DNA of 64,000 nt, taken from the human T2T-CHM13v2.0 reference genome, Homo sapiens. The stretch lies in the NCBI RefSeq assembly GCF_009914755.1, contig NC_060930.1. The stretch is one strand, 5' to 3'. The position numbers were made by a program, and so were the translations under genes. Position 1 is the stretch's first letter. Each line of letters opens with the position of its first letter. Below are positions 1-13,569 of this stretch, piece by piece. The notes below the pieces were generated by a model. The model was not told the DNA's origin. It worked only from the letters and a program-made list of their open reading frames with translations, and made no database searches.

Positions 1-183
1 AGCCCCCTACAATAGCCAAGTCTATGAAGTCCTCGTCTTATCTCTCAAACTCAGTTACCTCTCACCTTCCCCACAGCCATTACCCTCACTCTAGCACCTA
101 ATACCTTTTGCCTGAATTACCATTGCTGTCTCCTAACTGGCCTCACTTCCTCAAATCTTGGAAATCTCTGCATCTAACAGTAT

Positions 184-785
184 GTGACAATACACCCTAA
201 GGTGACCCCACTGCGCCATGCACTTGTATAACACCCTCCCCTTGAGTATGTGCAGGACCTGTGACTTGTTTTAACTTAAAAAAGAATATGGCAAAGATGG
301 TGGGCTGTCACTGCCTTGATTACATTGCATTATGTAAGAATCCATCTTAGCCAAAAGAAGTGAGAGATTCTCCTTCTGACTTTGAGGAAGCAAACAGCTA
401 TCTTGGGAACTGCCTATGGTGAGGGCCATGTGGAACAGAGCTGTGAGCAGCCTGTAGGAAATGAAGGGGGCTGACAGCTGACAGCCACTAAGAAGCCAGG
501 ACTCCCATCTATATAGCTGCAGGGAAATGAATTCTTAAAAAAAAAAAAAAACACTCATTGAACTTGAACTTGGAAGCAGATTTTTCCCCCAGTCAAGTCT
601 CAAGTCTCAAGTCTCTGGATGAGAATGCAGACGAGGAGACACTTGACTGAAACCCTGTGAGACTCTGCAGAGGGCCCAGTTACATTGCGTTTGATCAGTC
701 AGGTAAAAAACTGAGATAGTCATTGTGTGTTGTTTTATGCCAGTAAGTTTGTGATAAATTGTTACTTAGCAATGACAACCAATAA
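184..785 (+). mobile_element. MLT1-family (MaLR) solo LTR (MLT1F/G-like)
   Basis: MLT1-type blocks: 'ccccttgagtatgtgcaggacctgtgacttg', 'agaatatggcaaag', 'ctgacagccactaagaagccagg' and the 3' end 'gtaagtttgtgataaattgttacttagcaat'. Confidence 0.75.
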
Positions 786-929
786 AAGCCCAATACTTTA
801 TTCATGTTTAAACTCAAGAAAAAGCAGTTTGATTATTTACTTCTTCAAACCCGTACTCCCTTGACTCCCACGTCCACTCCATTCTTTCTAAATCAGTGAG
901 TGTTCCTTCTGCAGTGCATGTCCCTTATA

Positions 930-1545
930 CCCTGGCACTTCCCAGGGCTCCACTGTTGACCACTTCCCCACTAGCTCTTTGTAGTCTCCTTCGTCAGTGT
1001 CATCTACTCCCTCTGACTCTGCACTGGTAAGTCTCAGATTCAGACCTATCTCCTGAACTGCATAGGGGACAGATCCAGCTAGAGGACTCACAGGCCCCCA
1101 AAATTCAACCTGTCCAAAAGTAAAGCTATCATCCTTTCTGTTAAACTTGTTCTTACTCCTCTTCTCTCCTTATTTTATGGCCAGAACCTAGAATCACCCT
1201 AGACCCTTTCTCCCTTCAAACTGATGCCTTGTCAACCACCAAGACTCAACAGTTTGCCTTCTATTTCTCTATGTCTACTGCATCCCATTCTCTCCATACC
1301 TATCACCTTTGACCTGGGTCAGGTCTTCATCCTCTCTCATGGTGTATATCACAAGGATCTCATAATAGGTCACTCTACTTCAAGTCTTGCCACCCTAAAA
1401 TTCACCCCCTGCATAACTGCCAGAGGGGCTATACAAAACATAATCTGACCACTATTCAAACTATTCAGTGTAGCATCATGTCAAAGATACGCAAGATGCT
1501 CCACAACCTGGCCTTTGCCCATCTCCCCAATCTGAACTTCCATCA
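930..1545 (+). mobile_element. L2 LINE fragment
   Basis: Degenerate L2 motifs 'aaattcaacctgtccaaaag', 'gccagaacctagaatcaccctagac', 'ctccacaacctggcctttgccc'; L2 sequence resumes at ~4180 after the L1 insertion. Confidence 0.6.
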
Positions 1546-2624
1546 CTTTACAAAGCCAACTTTAGTAGCTTTACTGAAATATAACTAGCATATAATAAGC
1601 TATACTTATTTAAAATGTAACATTTGATACGTTTGGGCATATGTATACATCCATGAAACTATCACCACTATCAAGATAGTAAAAATATCTATCATTCCCA
1701 AAGGCTTACTCATGCCCTTTTGCAATATCTCCCTCCCACCTTCCCCAACTCATCTTCCCAAGCAACCACCCATCTGCTGCCTGTCACTATACATTTATTT
1801 GCATGTTCTAGTTTTAAAATAAATAATTTATCTAGTAATTCTTATTTCTGTCTGGATTATTTCACTCTGCATAGCTATTTTGATATGCATCCATATTGTT
1901 GCATGTATCAGTTAATAGTTAATTCCTTTTATTACTTAGTAGTCTATCATGTGTCTATGTCATAATATGCTTATCCATTCACCTGTTGATAGATAATTGG
2001 TGGTTTCCAGCTTTTTGGTTTTTACAAATAAATGCACTGTGAATATTTGTGTATGCAAGTCTTTGTATGAATATATGCTTTCTTTTGTGGGGGTAAACAA
2101 CCAGAAGTAGGATGGCTGGATCATAGAGTAAGTATATGTTTAACTTTTTAAGAAACTACCAAACTGTTTTCCAAAGTGGTTGTACCAATTTACATTCCCA
2201 CCAGCAGTATATGAGAGTTCTAGTTCCTCCACATGCTCACCAACACTTGGTATGATCACTTCTTTCTCTTTTAATCATTCTAGTAGTATCCCATTATGGC
2301 TTTAATTCTCATATCCTTAACAACTAATAAGTTTAACATGTTTTCATGTGCTTATTTGCCATCTATATATTTTCCTTGGTAAAGTGTCTGTTTAAATCTT
2401 TTGGTCACTTTTTTTGTCAGGGTAGACATGGTTTACTTTTTATTATTGAATTTTGAGAGTCCTTTATATATTCTGGATAGAAGTTCTTTATGAGATAGAA
2501 AATTCTGCAACTATTTCTCCCTAGTCTGTCTTTTTTTAAGCTCTCAACAAAAGATTTTAATTTTGATGAAGCCTAATTTGTCTTTTTTTTTTTGTGGATT
2601 AAGCCTAAGAAAATTTAGGCTTGA

Positions 2625-3079
<455 letters not shown>

Positions 3080-3574
3080 AAGGTTGTTGTTTTTTTTGTT
3101 TGGTTTTGTTTTTTGTTTTTTGTTTTTTTTAGCATGTACATATCCAATTGTTCCAGCAACACTTGTTGAAAGATTCTTCTTTCTCTACTAAATTTCCTTT
3201 CCACCTTTGTTAAAAATTAGTTGTTCATATACATGTGAGATTATTTCTGTACCTCTATTCTGTTCCATTGTCTATGTTAATGCCAATACCAGGCTATGTT
3301 AATTATTGTGGCTTTATAATAAGTCTTAAAATTAGATAGTATTAGACTTCCAAATTTATTCTATTTTAAAGTTGTTATGACTTGGTCCTTGTGAATTTTG
3401 GAATCAGCTTGTCGTTTTCTACTGGTAATACCCATTTGCAGCGATTCTGTTTGAAATTGCATTGAATCTGTAGATCAACTGATATCTTAACATCACCGAG
3501 TCTTCCAACTCATGAACAAGGTATATTTCTCCATTATTTCTTCTCCTTTAGTTTTTCTCAAAAGTGTTTTATAA

Positions 3575-3866
3575 TTTTTTTTTTGAGATAGAGTCTCACT
3601 CTGTTGCCCAGGATGGAGTGCAGTGGTGTAATCTTGGCTCACTACAACCACCACCTCCCAGGTTCAAGTAATTCTCATGCCTCAGACTCCCAAGTAGCTA
3701 GGACTACAGGCATACACCATCACACCCAGCTAATTTTTGTATATTTAGCAGAGACAGGGTCTCATCGTGTTGGCCAAGCTTGTCTTGAACTCCCGACATC
3801 AGGTGATCCACCCATCTTGGCCTCCCAAAGTGCTGGGATTACAGGCGTGAGCCACTGAATCAGGCT
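3575..3866 (-). mobile_element. Alu (AluS-like) with TSD
   Basis: Full antisense Alu; 'gtgttttataatttt' occurs on both sides (~3565-3579 and ~3868-3882). Confidence 0.95.
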
Positions 3867-4516
3867 GTGTTTTATAATTTTCAGTGAAACATAGCCACCT
3901 TGGTCTCCTAGGAACCTTAGCTTTGTGACCTTAATTCAGGAAGTCTACCTCTACTTGGTTTCCCTCCCTGCACCATAACCTGGAATCTATCTCAACGCAG
4001 CAATATGGGGATATCTTAGAGGTCATTCTCAAGGACCACTGTCCATTCCCTGATGTCCAGTTTCTTTAAAACTGTGTTTTACACTATTTGTCTGAGTTTT
4101 TCGGTTATTCCAGGCAGGAAGCTAAGTCTGCCCGTTACTCCTCTTAGCAGAAGCAATAGTCTCTGTAAGCTGATTGTCTTTCTCCCCAGCATGCCGTTCT
4201 GCTTCCTTCTCCCATGCTTTGCTCATGTTTTTTCTTCTACATCGAGTGCCTTTTCCCCCTTTTAACCTGGGTAACTCTTGCTTATCTCTCAAAACAAAAC
4301 TCAAATCAAACATTAACTTCTCTAAGAACATCTCCCCCGTATCCCAAGGCTAAGTGATGCTCCCCCTCCTCTTTATCCCCATATTATTCCATGGATGTAT
4401 CTGCTACTCTCATCTTTACCACTTTAATTTTCAAATTACCTGTTTATATAACCATCTATACACTTGATTAGAAGCCCTCAAAGAGAAGGGTCAAGGCTTA
4501 TGTTTTTTCTAATTTT

Positions 4517-4836
4517 CTTTTTTTTTTTTTTTTGGGGGGGGGGAACAGAGTAAGAGACTCTGTCACCCAGGCTGGAGTGCAGTGGCACAATGATCACTCA
4601 CTCTAGCCTCAACCTCCTGGGCTCATGTGATCCTCCCATCTCAGCCTCCCAAGTAGCTGGGAATACAGGCACACACCATCATGCCAGGCTAGTTTTGTTT
4701 TTTGTATTTTTGTTTTGGTAGAAACACAGTCTCACCATGCTGCCCAGGCTGGTCTTGAACTCCTGGGCTCAAGCAATCATCCTTCTTTGAGCCTCCCAAA
4801 GTGCTGAGATAACAGGCGTGAGCCACCATGCCAAGC
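4517..4836 (-). mobile_element. Alu (AluJ-like) inserted in L2
   Basis: 'ctctgtcacccaggctggagtgcagtggcac...tcctgggctcaagcaatc...gagccaccatgcc', flanked by L2 3' sequence ('ggtacatagtaggcactccgtaaatatt'). Confidence 0.92.
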
Positions 4837-5339
4837 ATACTTCCTAACCTTAATGTATTGTGAAGGCTTTGGTACATAGTAGGCACTCCGTAAATATTAG
4901 TTGACCCACATCTTTGAAATACAAATTATGAACAATCATTAAGAGATGCCTTTCTTCCCTTATAGACTATAAATGCCAGGAAGGCAGGGATGGTGTCTCC
5001 TGAAAACAGCAGTCAATTCCACTAATTAAATTCCACTATTGCCCAGCGTAAGCTGAGTAAGCTGCTTCTAGAAGCCGAATTGCTGGTTTAAATAGTATTT
5101 TAAACAGAAATAACTAATGGCAAATTATTCTCCAGAAAGCTATCAATAATGTATAAGAGTTCTCATTTCTACTCATCCTCAGCAACACTAAATATTATGC
5201 CTGTTTTTTCAATGTTGCCAACCTAATGTGAGAAAATCGTTCTAAAAATTACAATTTAGTACTTATTTGTGAGGTTGAGGAGCTTTTAAATGAATCTAAT
5301 GTTTATTAGATACTAAGTTTTAAACTGTGGATTTCTATT

Positions 5340-5698
5340 TATCACTGTCCTATTTATCCTCTGTTTCCTCCCTACCCCACCACATCCATTCTTTACTCTC
5401 CTATGCTGTGTTCTGTACCATGCGGGCTGACTTGTAAGAACTGCACCACTCAGGCTCAGACCCAGGAGGCAAGTCCCCTCATCCAGAACTCTAGCTCTCT
5501 CCGAGCTCCAATAAGCAACTCCTTCCCCTGATGCCTGCAGATCTAGACATGGTAATGGTTTCTGGATTTTGCTAGTATTTTTGTTGTTTATTCTCACAAC
5601 CTGGCCACAACTCTAAAGACTGTTCCTTCGTTAAACTCTTCACTGAAATTCTTTGAGTAAGCCATTGTTTCCTGCTGGGAAAGACAGACAAGAGACAC
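5340..5698 (+). mobile_element. ERVL LTR (LTR33-like)
   Basis: 3' end 'ccttcgttaaactcttc...tttgagtaagccattgtttcctgctggga' and internal 'ggctgacttgtaagaactgcacc' resemble LTR33 as recalled. Confidence 0.55.
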
Positions 5699-6294
5699 AG
5701 ACCTGGGGGAGGCATGAAGATAGAGCACTGGAATTGGACTGGAGTTTAGAGACTCAAGCCACATCTCTAAGTCATGATAAAATTGAAACATGACTGAGAA
5801 GATACAATAACTTTGCCTGTTTTGATATCGTAATTTCATTTTATATGTAATGATTTGTAGGAGCTCTTTATATATTGTCGATATATTTCTCTTTGCTAGT
5901 ATATACATTGCAAATATTTTCTCCCAATTTGTAGTTTGGTTTTTGAGGTAGTCTTTGTATTTTTTTTCCTTTTTTTTTTTTTTCCTTTGGTTCAGCTTAA
6001 CAGTTGCAACACTAAATCAGAAGGGGGTTGGGGGCAGGGAACACACTCTGGCTTACTCCCAGATTTTATTAGAAACTTATTTATATAGCATTCTTAATTC
6101 ATTTCCTGGAGTCAGGTTAGGTCTTTCCTGGAGTTAATACAACCTGGATTACATCAGGCTAATTTAGCATCCAAGTGCTCCCAGCCTTCTATTTAGAGAT
6201 TCCTGTGGAAGAATTCAGATTGCCATAGGCCTCATAGCTGTCTAAGCTTCCTCTCTCTTCAGTTGTCCAATGGCATAAGTAGGAAAGATCTAAC

Positions 6295-6436
6295 TTCTCT
6301 AATATACTAAGCTCCAAGAAGACGGGGATCTTGTTTCTATGTCACCACTGCATCCCCAGCTTCTAGCAACAGTGCCTAGCATGGAATCAGTGTGTAATAA
6401 ATATTGAATGAATGAGTGAATGAATGAATGAATGAC
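6295..6436 (+). mobile_element. L2 3' end
   Basis: 'taagctccaagaagacgggga...acagtgcctagcatgga...taataaatattgaatgaatgagtgaatgaatgaatg' with the L2 (TGAA)n tail. Confidence 0.85.
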
Positions 6437-8822
6437 AGAGGAGAAGGAATAGCATTTCCTCTCTACCTTCCTGCTCCTCAATTCTGTATCACCATGACAC
6501 AACCTCGCTGATGTTGGGCCAGTTATTATCCCTTATGAAATGCAGTTTTGTTGCTTCTTCTATCCCATTAAATACCCATACATAGCATCTATGCTTCCTA
6601 AGAACCTTTATAAAGTCAATGAAAAGTGTGAGCCCAGAGGTGAGCAGTCAGATTTCACATGCAGATAATGTATTTGTCCTGTAGCAAAAATCTTGACAGA
6701 CTATAAAGTTGTGTTTTTGTTTCCTTTTCTTCATCTTAGAACTGTAAAGGTAGCTCCCCTTTGGAGGGGATATATGTATGGATCAGGACAGCTATCCTAA
6801 GACTAGAAGAAGGAATGCTATCATTTGGATAAAAGAGTAGAATCAACATGTTGTTCATTTTTTCTGTGAGAAGGCTAAGATGAGGGGCAAGAGAGACATA
6901 CTGGGGGGAGTTATGGAGATTGGGTATTGGAACTGTACTGGAGATTGGATACCTGGACCATATCCCTGAGTCATGATAAAGTTGAACCATGGCCCAGAAG
7001 ATGCAAAAGCAGTGCATCCGGAAAGCAACCACTATGTGAATCACCCAGCCAGTCTTAGCAGGCTGTCCCTGATGTGAGTAGAGCCATTCATTCAACAAAC
7101 ACTCTTCTAATTATTTAGGATACATCAGTGAACAAAATATCAAATTTATATTTTAGCCATCATCTTTTCTGTGCACTGAAACCTTACCTATTCGCTCTCC
7201 AGATATTGCCTGTATGGAAGCATGACCTACAGGTAAAAGTTCTCTAATAGATATTCATTTGTCCACTGATGCCCCAGATACTTATAACCCCTGAGGCCAA
7301 AAATCACCTCTAGAGTCCTAGCAGAGTGGAGAAGCAAGGATGCCTATGTGGGGTCTGCTAGGACACTCCCCACAGGAAAGAAGGGATGTGGGTCCCCCTG
7401 GGACATGTTCTTTCATTCTTATCAAACAAATCAAAATAAAATACAGCTTATTCAATAGAGTCTTCCATCACCTCTTATTCTCCAGAGCAGAGGCTGAATG
7501 TCAAACATTTACTTAGTTCTTTCTCTTATTGCCAACATAAACCACATTTAATCAAAATTCCAAAACATTCTTCCAGGGTGGTTAGGAGAGGTTAATGATT
7601 GATTGCCTGTCACAAAAGAGCTGACAGGATGATCATTCTCAGAAGCTGCTTGAACTGAGTCCTCCACTGAATATTTAGCTGTTCTGTGGACCCATCTCAT
7701 GGCCAACCTTGTAGCTGGTTTGTGTTCAAAGAGTCCAAGATCCATACTGGCATCTGGGATCCACTGACCTTCTTAGTGCTACACGCTTGCCCTAAAATTC
7801 TAGGGTCTTCCTCAGAACTTTATTTTTCCTGACATAAATGCTAATAATATTTTCCCTGAGAAGCTGAACTGCCATCTCAGCAGCGATTATTTGAGGTAAT
7901 ACATCTAGTGTTCTCTGCCCAAGAGAAATTCAGGAGGGGGGTTTCAGCATGAAAGGCTTTTGTATTTGGGGGGAGGTGGGAATTTCCTACTGTTCAACAG
8001 GTTTTTGTTGTAAACATTAACTAGGTGACCTGCCAGCCTTGGGTTTGGAGGGCAGGGTGAAGCTGGGGAAACATGTGGGAGGGAGTGCCACTTCTGTCCC
8101 AGGAGGGAGGCCAGGCACCAGGCAGCCTGCATTCACCATTCTCCTGACGTCATGTGGGGACCTCCCTCCCAATTCTCCTTCAAATGATTTTCAGGAAGAC
8201 TGGTGATCTGTATCGATGTGTCCATCAGAGGGTTTAGACAGAAAATTCACTCTTGTTTTGGGGGAAAAAAAAGGAGAGAAAGGCTCACTTCAACCAGAAT
8301 TATTGCAAATGAGTAATTTCCAGCCCTAGCCTTTTCTGAAAGTGGGAAGGCACTGGGGATGGTAACTCAAGAGGCAACTAGTAGGGAAAAAAGAAGGGGT
8401 TTCACCAGTTGCTGCTCACCAAGAACTAAGGGTTTTTTATGTAACCTGAGTTTCCACTGGCCCCTGTCCCCTACATACATTGGAATGTAGTGGCAGATAG
8501 GGTGTCATCATCAACCCAAATGTCACAGGAACTTGCTCTTTTCTACACGTTCAGCAGAACCTTAGCTTCCTTCCCCCCAACATGTTAAAATTTCTGGCTC
8601 TCCTCTGAGAAGTTTTATATGCTCACAAGTAAGTGCATCAGCTACCAATGGCCTCTGCTAGATGCTACTGGCAGTTCCTTGGGAACCAAAGATTGAAAAA
8701 TGGATGCCACACTACTTTATGTGCAATATAATTAAACACCCCCTCTGACTCAATCATTCTACAAATTTAATTTATATACATTTTACATACACCAAATATT
8801 AATATAATAAGACTCACACGTA

Positions 8823-8944
8823 AGCCAGGCAAGGTGGCATGCACCCATAGTCCCAGTGACTTGGGATCCCTTGAGCCCAGGAGTTGCAATCCAGCCTAAG
8901 CAATATAGCAAGACTCTGTCTCAAAAAAAAAAAAAAGAAAAAAA
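8823..8944 (+). mobile_element. FLAM/Alu monomer
   Basis: 'gccaggcaaggtggcatgcacccatagtccca...ttgagcccaggagtt...gcaagactctgtctc' followed by poly-A. Confidence 0.85.
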
Positions 8945-10394
8945 TACATAAAGAGCAAGAGAGCAATGTGGCCTCTTTATTCTTGTATGATAATCTCCTA
9001 GATGGAATTAGTGATAGGTGAAACTATTGCTCCATTACAAAAGGAAAAAGCATAATTCCAAATGGTGGAATTCAACCTGGTACTCTGAAGAAAGTTGATT
9101 TTTCATTGTGGTTGAAAAATGTAAAAGGCAGTCACTTGGCTGTCTCTCCAGTTTGCCTGCTTTTGTACCCTTAGGCATTTTCCAATGGTGTAAGCTTATT
9201 TCACCATTTTATATGCAAGTATATTTAAATCTATAGAATCCATGACTGTCAAATATCATAGCCCCTGAGGATGACAAACACCTTCTTCACTCAGCTCCAT
9301 GCCATAATAGTGTAAAATAATTAACTTGAAAGAAGTCAGCCCAGAGTGCCACAAAAACAGTCACTTTTTTCCTCAGCTCTTCTCTGCTCTCACTCCAACC
9401 CCAAGCAAACATTTTTCAGCTGGTTAGGCTAGATGTCTGAAAACTGGAGTAAACAGAGACCTTCTAACAGGTACAAGGACACAGACAGTTTTAGGGGAAC
9501 CGCTTCCCAAATCCTTGGCTCCCACATATATTCAGAGAGTACTCTGCTGAAATTCATTTCTCACTACTTCAACCAGGTTGTCCATTTCTATTTCTCCTTT
9601 CACAGCCTTACTTTTTCCACTGTACAGAAAGAAATATACACCTTTAATTTCTCCTGATTCTTCCTGTGGTGCATTTTCCCAAGGTGTAATAAAAACTCTG
9701 GGGTGTCAAAAATGGGCAATTCGAAATGTTGGTGTCTGTAAAACCTGCTTCAATCAAGACAATGAAGCTACAGTAGAGCTGCCTGTCTTTTCCTTCTTTG
9801 ATATATTTCTGTTACTACAAAGTCTGGCATTAGAAATGGGAATTTGAGCCAATATTAGGGTGTTCTAAATTTAGATATGTAGAAGAATAGGATGGCAGGA
9901 GTGATGACAATTTTAAATTAATGACTTTATCTCTTTAATTCCATATCATTAAAATAGACATGGCTCCAGAGAGAAGTCGCATAAGATTAGATATAAACAA
10001 TTATATAAATCTTGCAGTATCTTTTATTTTCAAACATCTAGATTTGAAAAATAAAACTATTAAATTTTTGTTAATGAAAACTGAGGAGATTGGCAAAAAT
10101 GTAAATAATTTTAATGTTTTCATGTAGTTATCAAAGTTGACTTTGGAAAATCTATTACAAATTAGCAACATTCATTGCAAAAAATGGAAAGTATTGTATG
10201 ATTGTAGAAAAAGTTATAATTCTTTATGCACTGTTGATAGCTACAATTATGCTAGATGCCAAGAGCATCACTCATTAACTCCGTGATTCATTAATTCACT
10301 CATCCACCAACTGTTGTTGGATGAATGAATTCATCCAACAATTAATTCATTCATTAATTCATTAATCCAAGGGCATCACTCGTTAACTCAGTGA

Positions 10395-11935
10395 TTCATT
10401 AATTCATTCATCCAACAAATATAAGTAACTACTAAATTCCAAGCACTATTCAGGGTAATCAGGATACATTAGTAACAAAATAGAGATTTCTGCCCTCATG
10501 GTGTTTATAAACTAGCAGGTAAAAGCATAGAGAAGTATTAGCTATCTATTATGGATATCAAATTGCCCCAAAACTTAATGGCTTAAAAGCACATACATTT
10601 TTTTGTACACAGTTTCTGTGGGTCAGAAATCCAGGTACAACTTGACAAGATCCTCTGCTTCACAGTCTTTCACAAGATTGCGATCAGAGTGTCAGCCCAG
10701 GATTTGGTCTCATCCGAAAGCTCCAGTATGGAAGGATCCACTACGAATTTCATTCAGTGATTGTTGACACTGAGTCAACAGTTCCTTGTGGGTTGTTGGA
10801 CTGAGAGCCTGTGATTATCAGGCTTCTGGCCAGAGGGCGTCTCAGGTCCTTGAGACATGAGCTTCTCCCACATGGCAACTTGCTTCATCAAAGAATGCAA
10901 GTTGAGAAGGCAACAGACAGAATCTGCTAGCAAAATAGAAGTCAAAGTCTCATGTAACCTAATCATGGAAGTGACATCCCTCAACTTTGTCATATTCTGT
11001 TAGTTTGAAATGAGTTACTCAAAGAGAAAGGATTGCACAAGGCTGTGAATACCTGAAGGTGAACTGGGGGCCATCATAGAGGCTGCTTACCGCAGATGGT
11101 AAAGGGGAATTAGGAGTGTAAGCCAAGGAATATGGGTAGAAATTTTTAACATTAATAGCATTCCCAGAGTAGGCCTCATTAAAAAGACAACTGAACAAAA
11201 ACCTAAAGGAGGTAAAGTTGTCGGCCATATGAATATTTGTGGAAAACATTTCAGGCAGAGGAAATAGTGACTGTGAAAACTCCAGAGTGGAAATACCTTT
11301 GGCATGCAGAAGAAACATCAAGGAGGCCAGTCAATGTTGTGAGGGGAGTGGGCAAAGGGGAAGAGTAATAGGGGATGAGCTCAGGGAATTGGGTGGGGAA
11401 TTACATGGCCCATTGTAAAGACAATGCTTTTATTCTGAGTAAAAAGGGCATGCTGCAGGGCATCCTGCAGAGAATGGACATCATCTGACTTATGCTTTTA
11501 AATGATTGCTTCAGCTGATCTGTTGAAAATAAACTGTAAGAGGGACAGGCAGAAGCAGGGCTCTGCCTTCTTATGAGTTAGGAGGCTATTGCAGTAATTC
11601 AGACAGAAGAAGACAGTGCCTCAGGGTAAGGTAGATATGGTGGAGGTGGTGGGGAATGATCAGATTCTGGATATACTTTGAAAGGGAGCCTATAGGATTA
11701 TGTGATCAAATGGGTTTGAGGTGAAGATGAAGACAGTAGTCAGGGATGACTGACCTGAACAACAGGAAGGATGAAGTTGCCGACAACAGAGATTGGGAAG
11801 GCTGAAGATGAAATTATTTTAGAATTAAAGATTAGGAGTTCAGTTCTAGAGATGCTGAGTTTGAGAAATCTGTTGGAAATGATGGGGGAGATACTCAGCA
11901 GGCAGGTGAACATGCCATTCAGGAATTCAGGAAAC
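10395..11935 (-). mobile_element. L2 fragment (antisense) split by an MLT1 LTR
   Basis: (TTCA)n tail at ~10395-10418, then 'ctgccctcatggtgtttata', 'aggaggccagt', 'ggaggctattgcagtaattcag', 'caggcaggtgaacatg'. Confidence 0.75.
10535..11093 (-). mobile_element. MLT1F-like solo LTR
   Basis: 'caaattgccccaaaacttaatggcttaaa...cacagtttctgtgggtcagaaatcc...ggaagtgacatccc...gggggccatcatagaggctgcttaccgca'. Confidence 0.8.
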
Positions 11936-12921
11936 AGCATTTCTGTAATTAAAGGGATTCTCTAATCAGATACCTTGGTACCTCATTGAAAAGATAGTTG
12001 GCAGATTGTCGCAAAAATTGCAGTAGACAAAACATCTCCCTTACCTATTAATGAATCCAGGGATATTTTTACTCTCTCTCAATTAATAATCTATATCCAC
12101 TATTACAGCAAAGGAAATAGCATTACTGTTTAAAAAAAAACTATAGCATGCAAAGACTTTTCTGGTCTTGCATTGGAGAAATTATTTTCAAATTTTCCTA
12201 CTTTTATTTGTGTTGATTTGGGCTTTCTTTGGAAAGAGTGAATAAGAACATCTATCATCTGTGGAGCTGCTTCAATGCCCAGGCATGGGAGAGGCTTCAT
12301 TTTTCAGATCCATTCTTTTCATCTTAATGAAATGCTACTTTATTCATGAACAAACTTGAGTTGCCAAAAGGTTGAGTCTAAATTTGCCCAGAACATTAGA
12401 TATTGCCTTTAAGATGGCAAAATGGTATAAAGCTAAGAGGACTGAATTCCATGTTTTTGAGGAGATACGTAAAGAAACTCATACCCATTCATTGTTTTCT
12501 TCAGAAATAAAATGGATGTCCCAAAAAGACATCTAACACATTTATTTGGATTGAAAAAAATAAAGGCAGATAAGTGACATCAAATAAGTTTATTTTGGCT
12601 GATTGTCTGACCAATAGGGATAGGCTTTGCCAATCAGACATTCCCAAATATCGAATGAACTAAGTCTGTGGCTCCAAGTTTAGATGAATTTATATTTAAA
12701 GAACATGACAATATTTTAAAGTGATTTTCAAAAATATCATATTGACAAAGGTATACCAAAGCTAACAAATTTAAATTTTGCCAACACTTTGATTTTATTA
12801 TAGCAAACAGGGCATCTCCATGTGAAAGAGTAACTGGTACAATTAGCCATCATTCAGTGAGTTGGGGTAATGTCTTCTTGGCATTCTTCCCAGAAATTAA
12901 AAATATAAATAAGTCAGGGTC

Positions 12922-13386
12922 TGTGAAGGATCTGGGATTTTTTTCTACTTGCAAGCTAATAAGCTAGTCTGCTACAATTTCATGGACAAGACATGGAACT
13001 CCTGGCTCAGAGACTACAACCTCTATTATTCTCAACACAGCAAGAAGCATGAGCGTGATGTTGGCTCATGTCAGTTTCCCATGTTCCCCATGTTGGTTTC
13101 CCATGTCCCCCATGTCTAAATGGATACTGTGTACACTGTGGGTTTGTATCATACTGAGCTTGGGAGATTCACCACTTTCATAGAAGCAGAAGCAACTCTG
13201 GTGTGTGTGTTTGTCTGTTTGTTTGTTTGTTTTTGGTGTGGTGACAGATGTAAACTCATCTCAATGTTGCTCGTTACTCTGAGAAATGTCCCTGGTAAAA
13301 AGCAATAAGAGCCTTGCATTCTTGGCATACTCAACAAGAATGTGCAGGAACAATCAGGGCCCATGGCAGAATGCCTCTCCCAAGAA
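12922..13386 (-). mobile_element. ERVL LTR (MER54-like)
   Basis: The reverse complement begins 'ttgggagaggcattctgccatgggccctga...gtatgccaagaatgcaaggc', matching the MER54 5' end as recalled. Confidence 0.65.
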
Positions 13387-13569
13387 AATACTCTCATGAT
13401 TGGGTAACAAATTTCTCTACAAGTTGCATCATTTCCATTTCTTAACCTTGAACAAAACTGAAGGAGAACCTCATCAAGTTGTCAGTGATGGACCATTAAT
13501 AATAATCTTCATAATAGAATACTACATGGTTTCTGACAGAAAACTCAGATATAGTTAAAAGAATTTTGT

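Noticed and set aside
594-615. (CAAGTCT)x3
   Set aside because: Slippage within an MLT1 LTR; no spacers, so not CRISPR-like.
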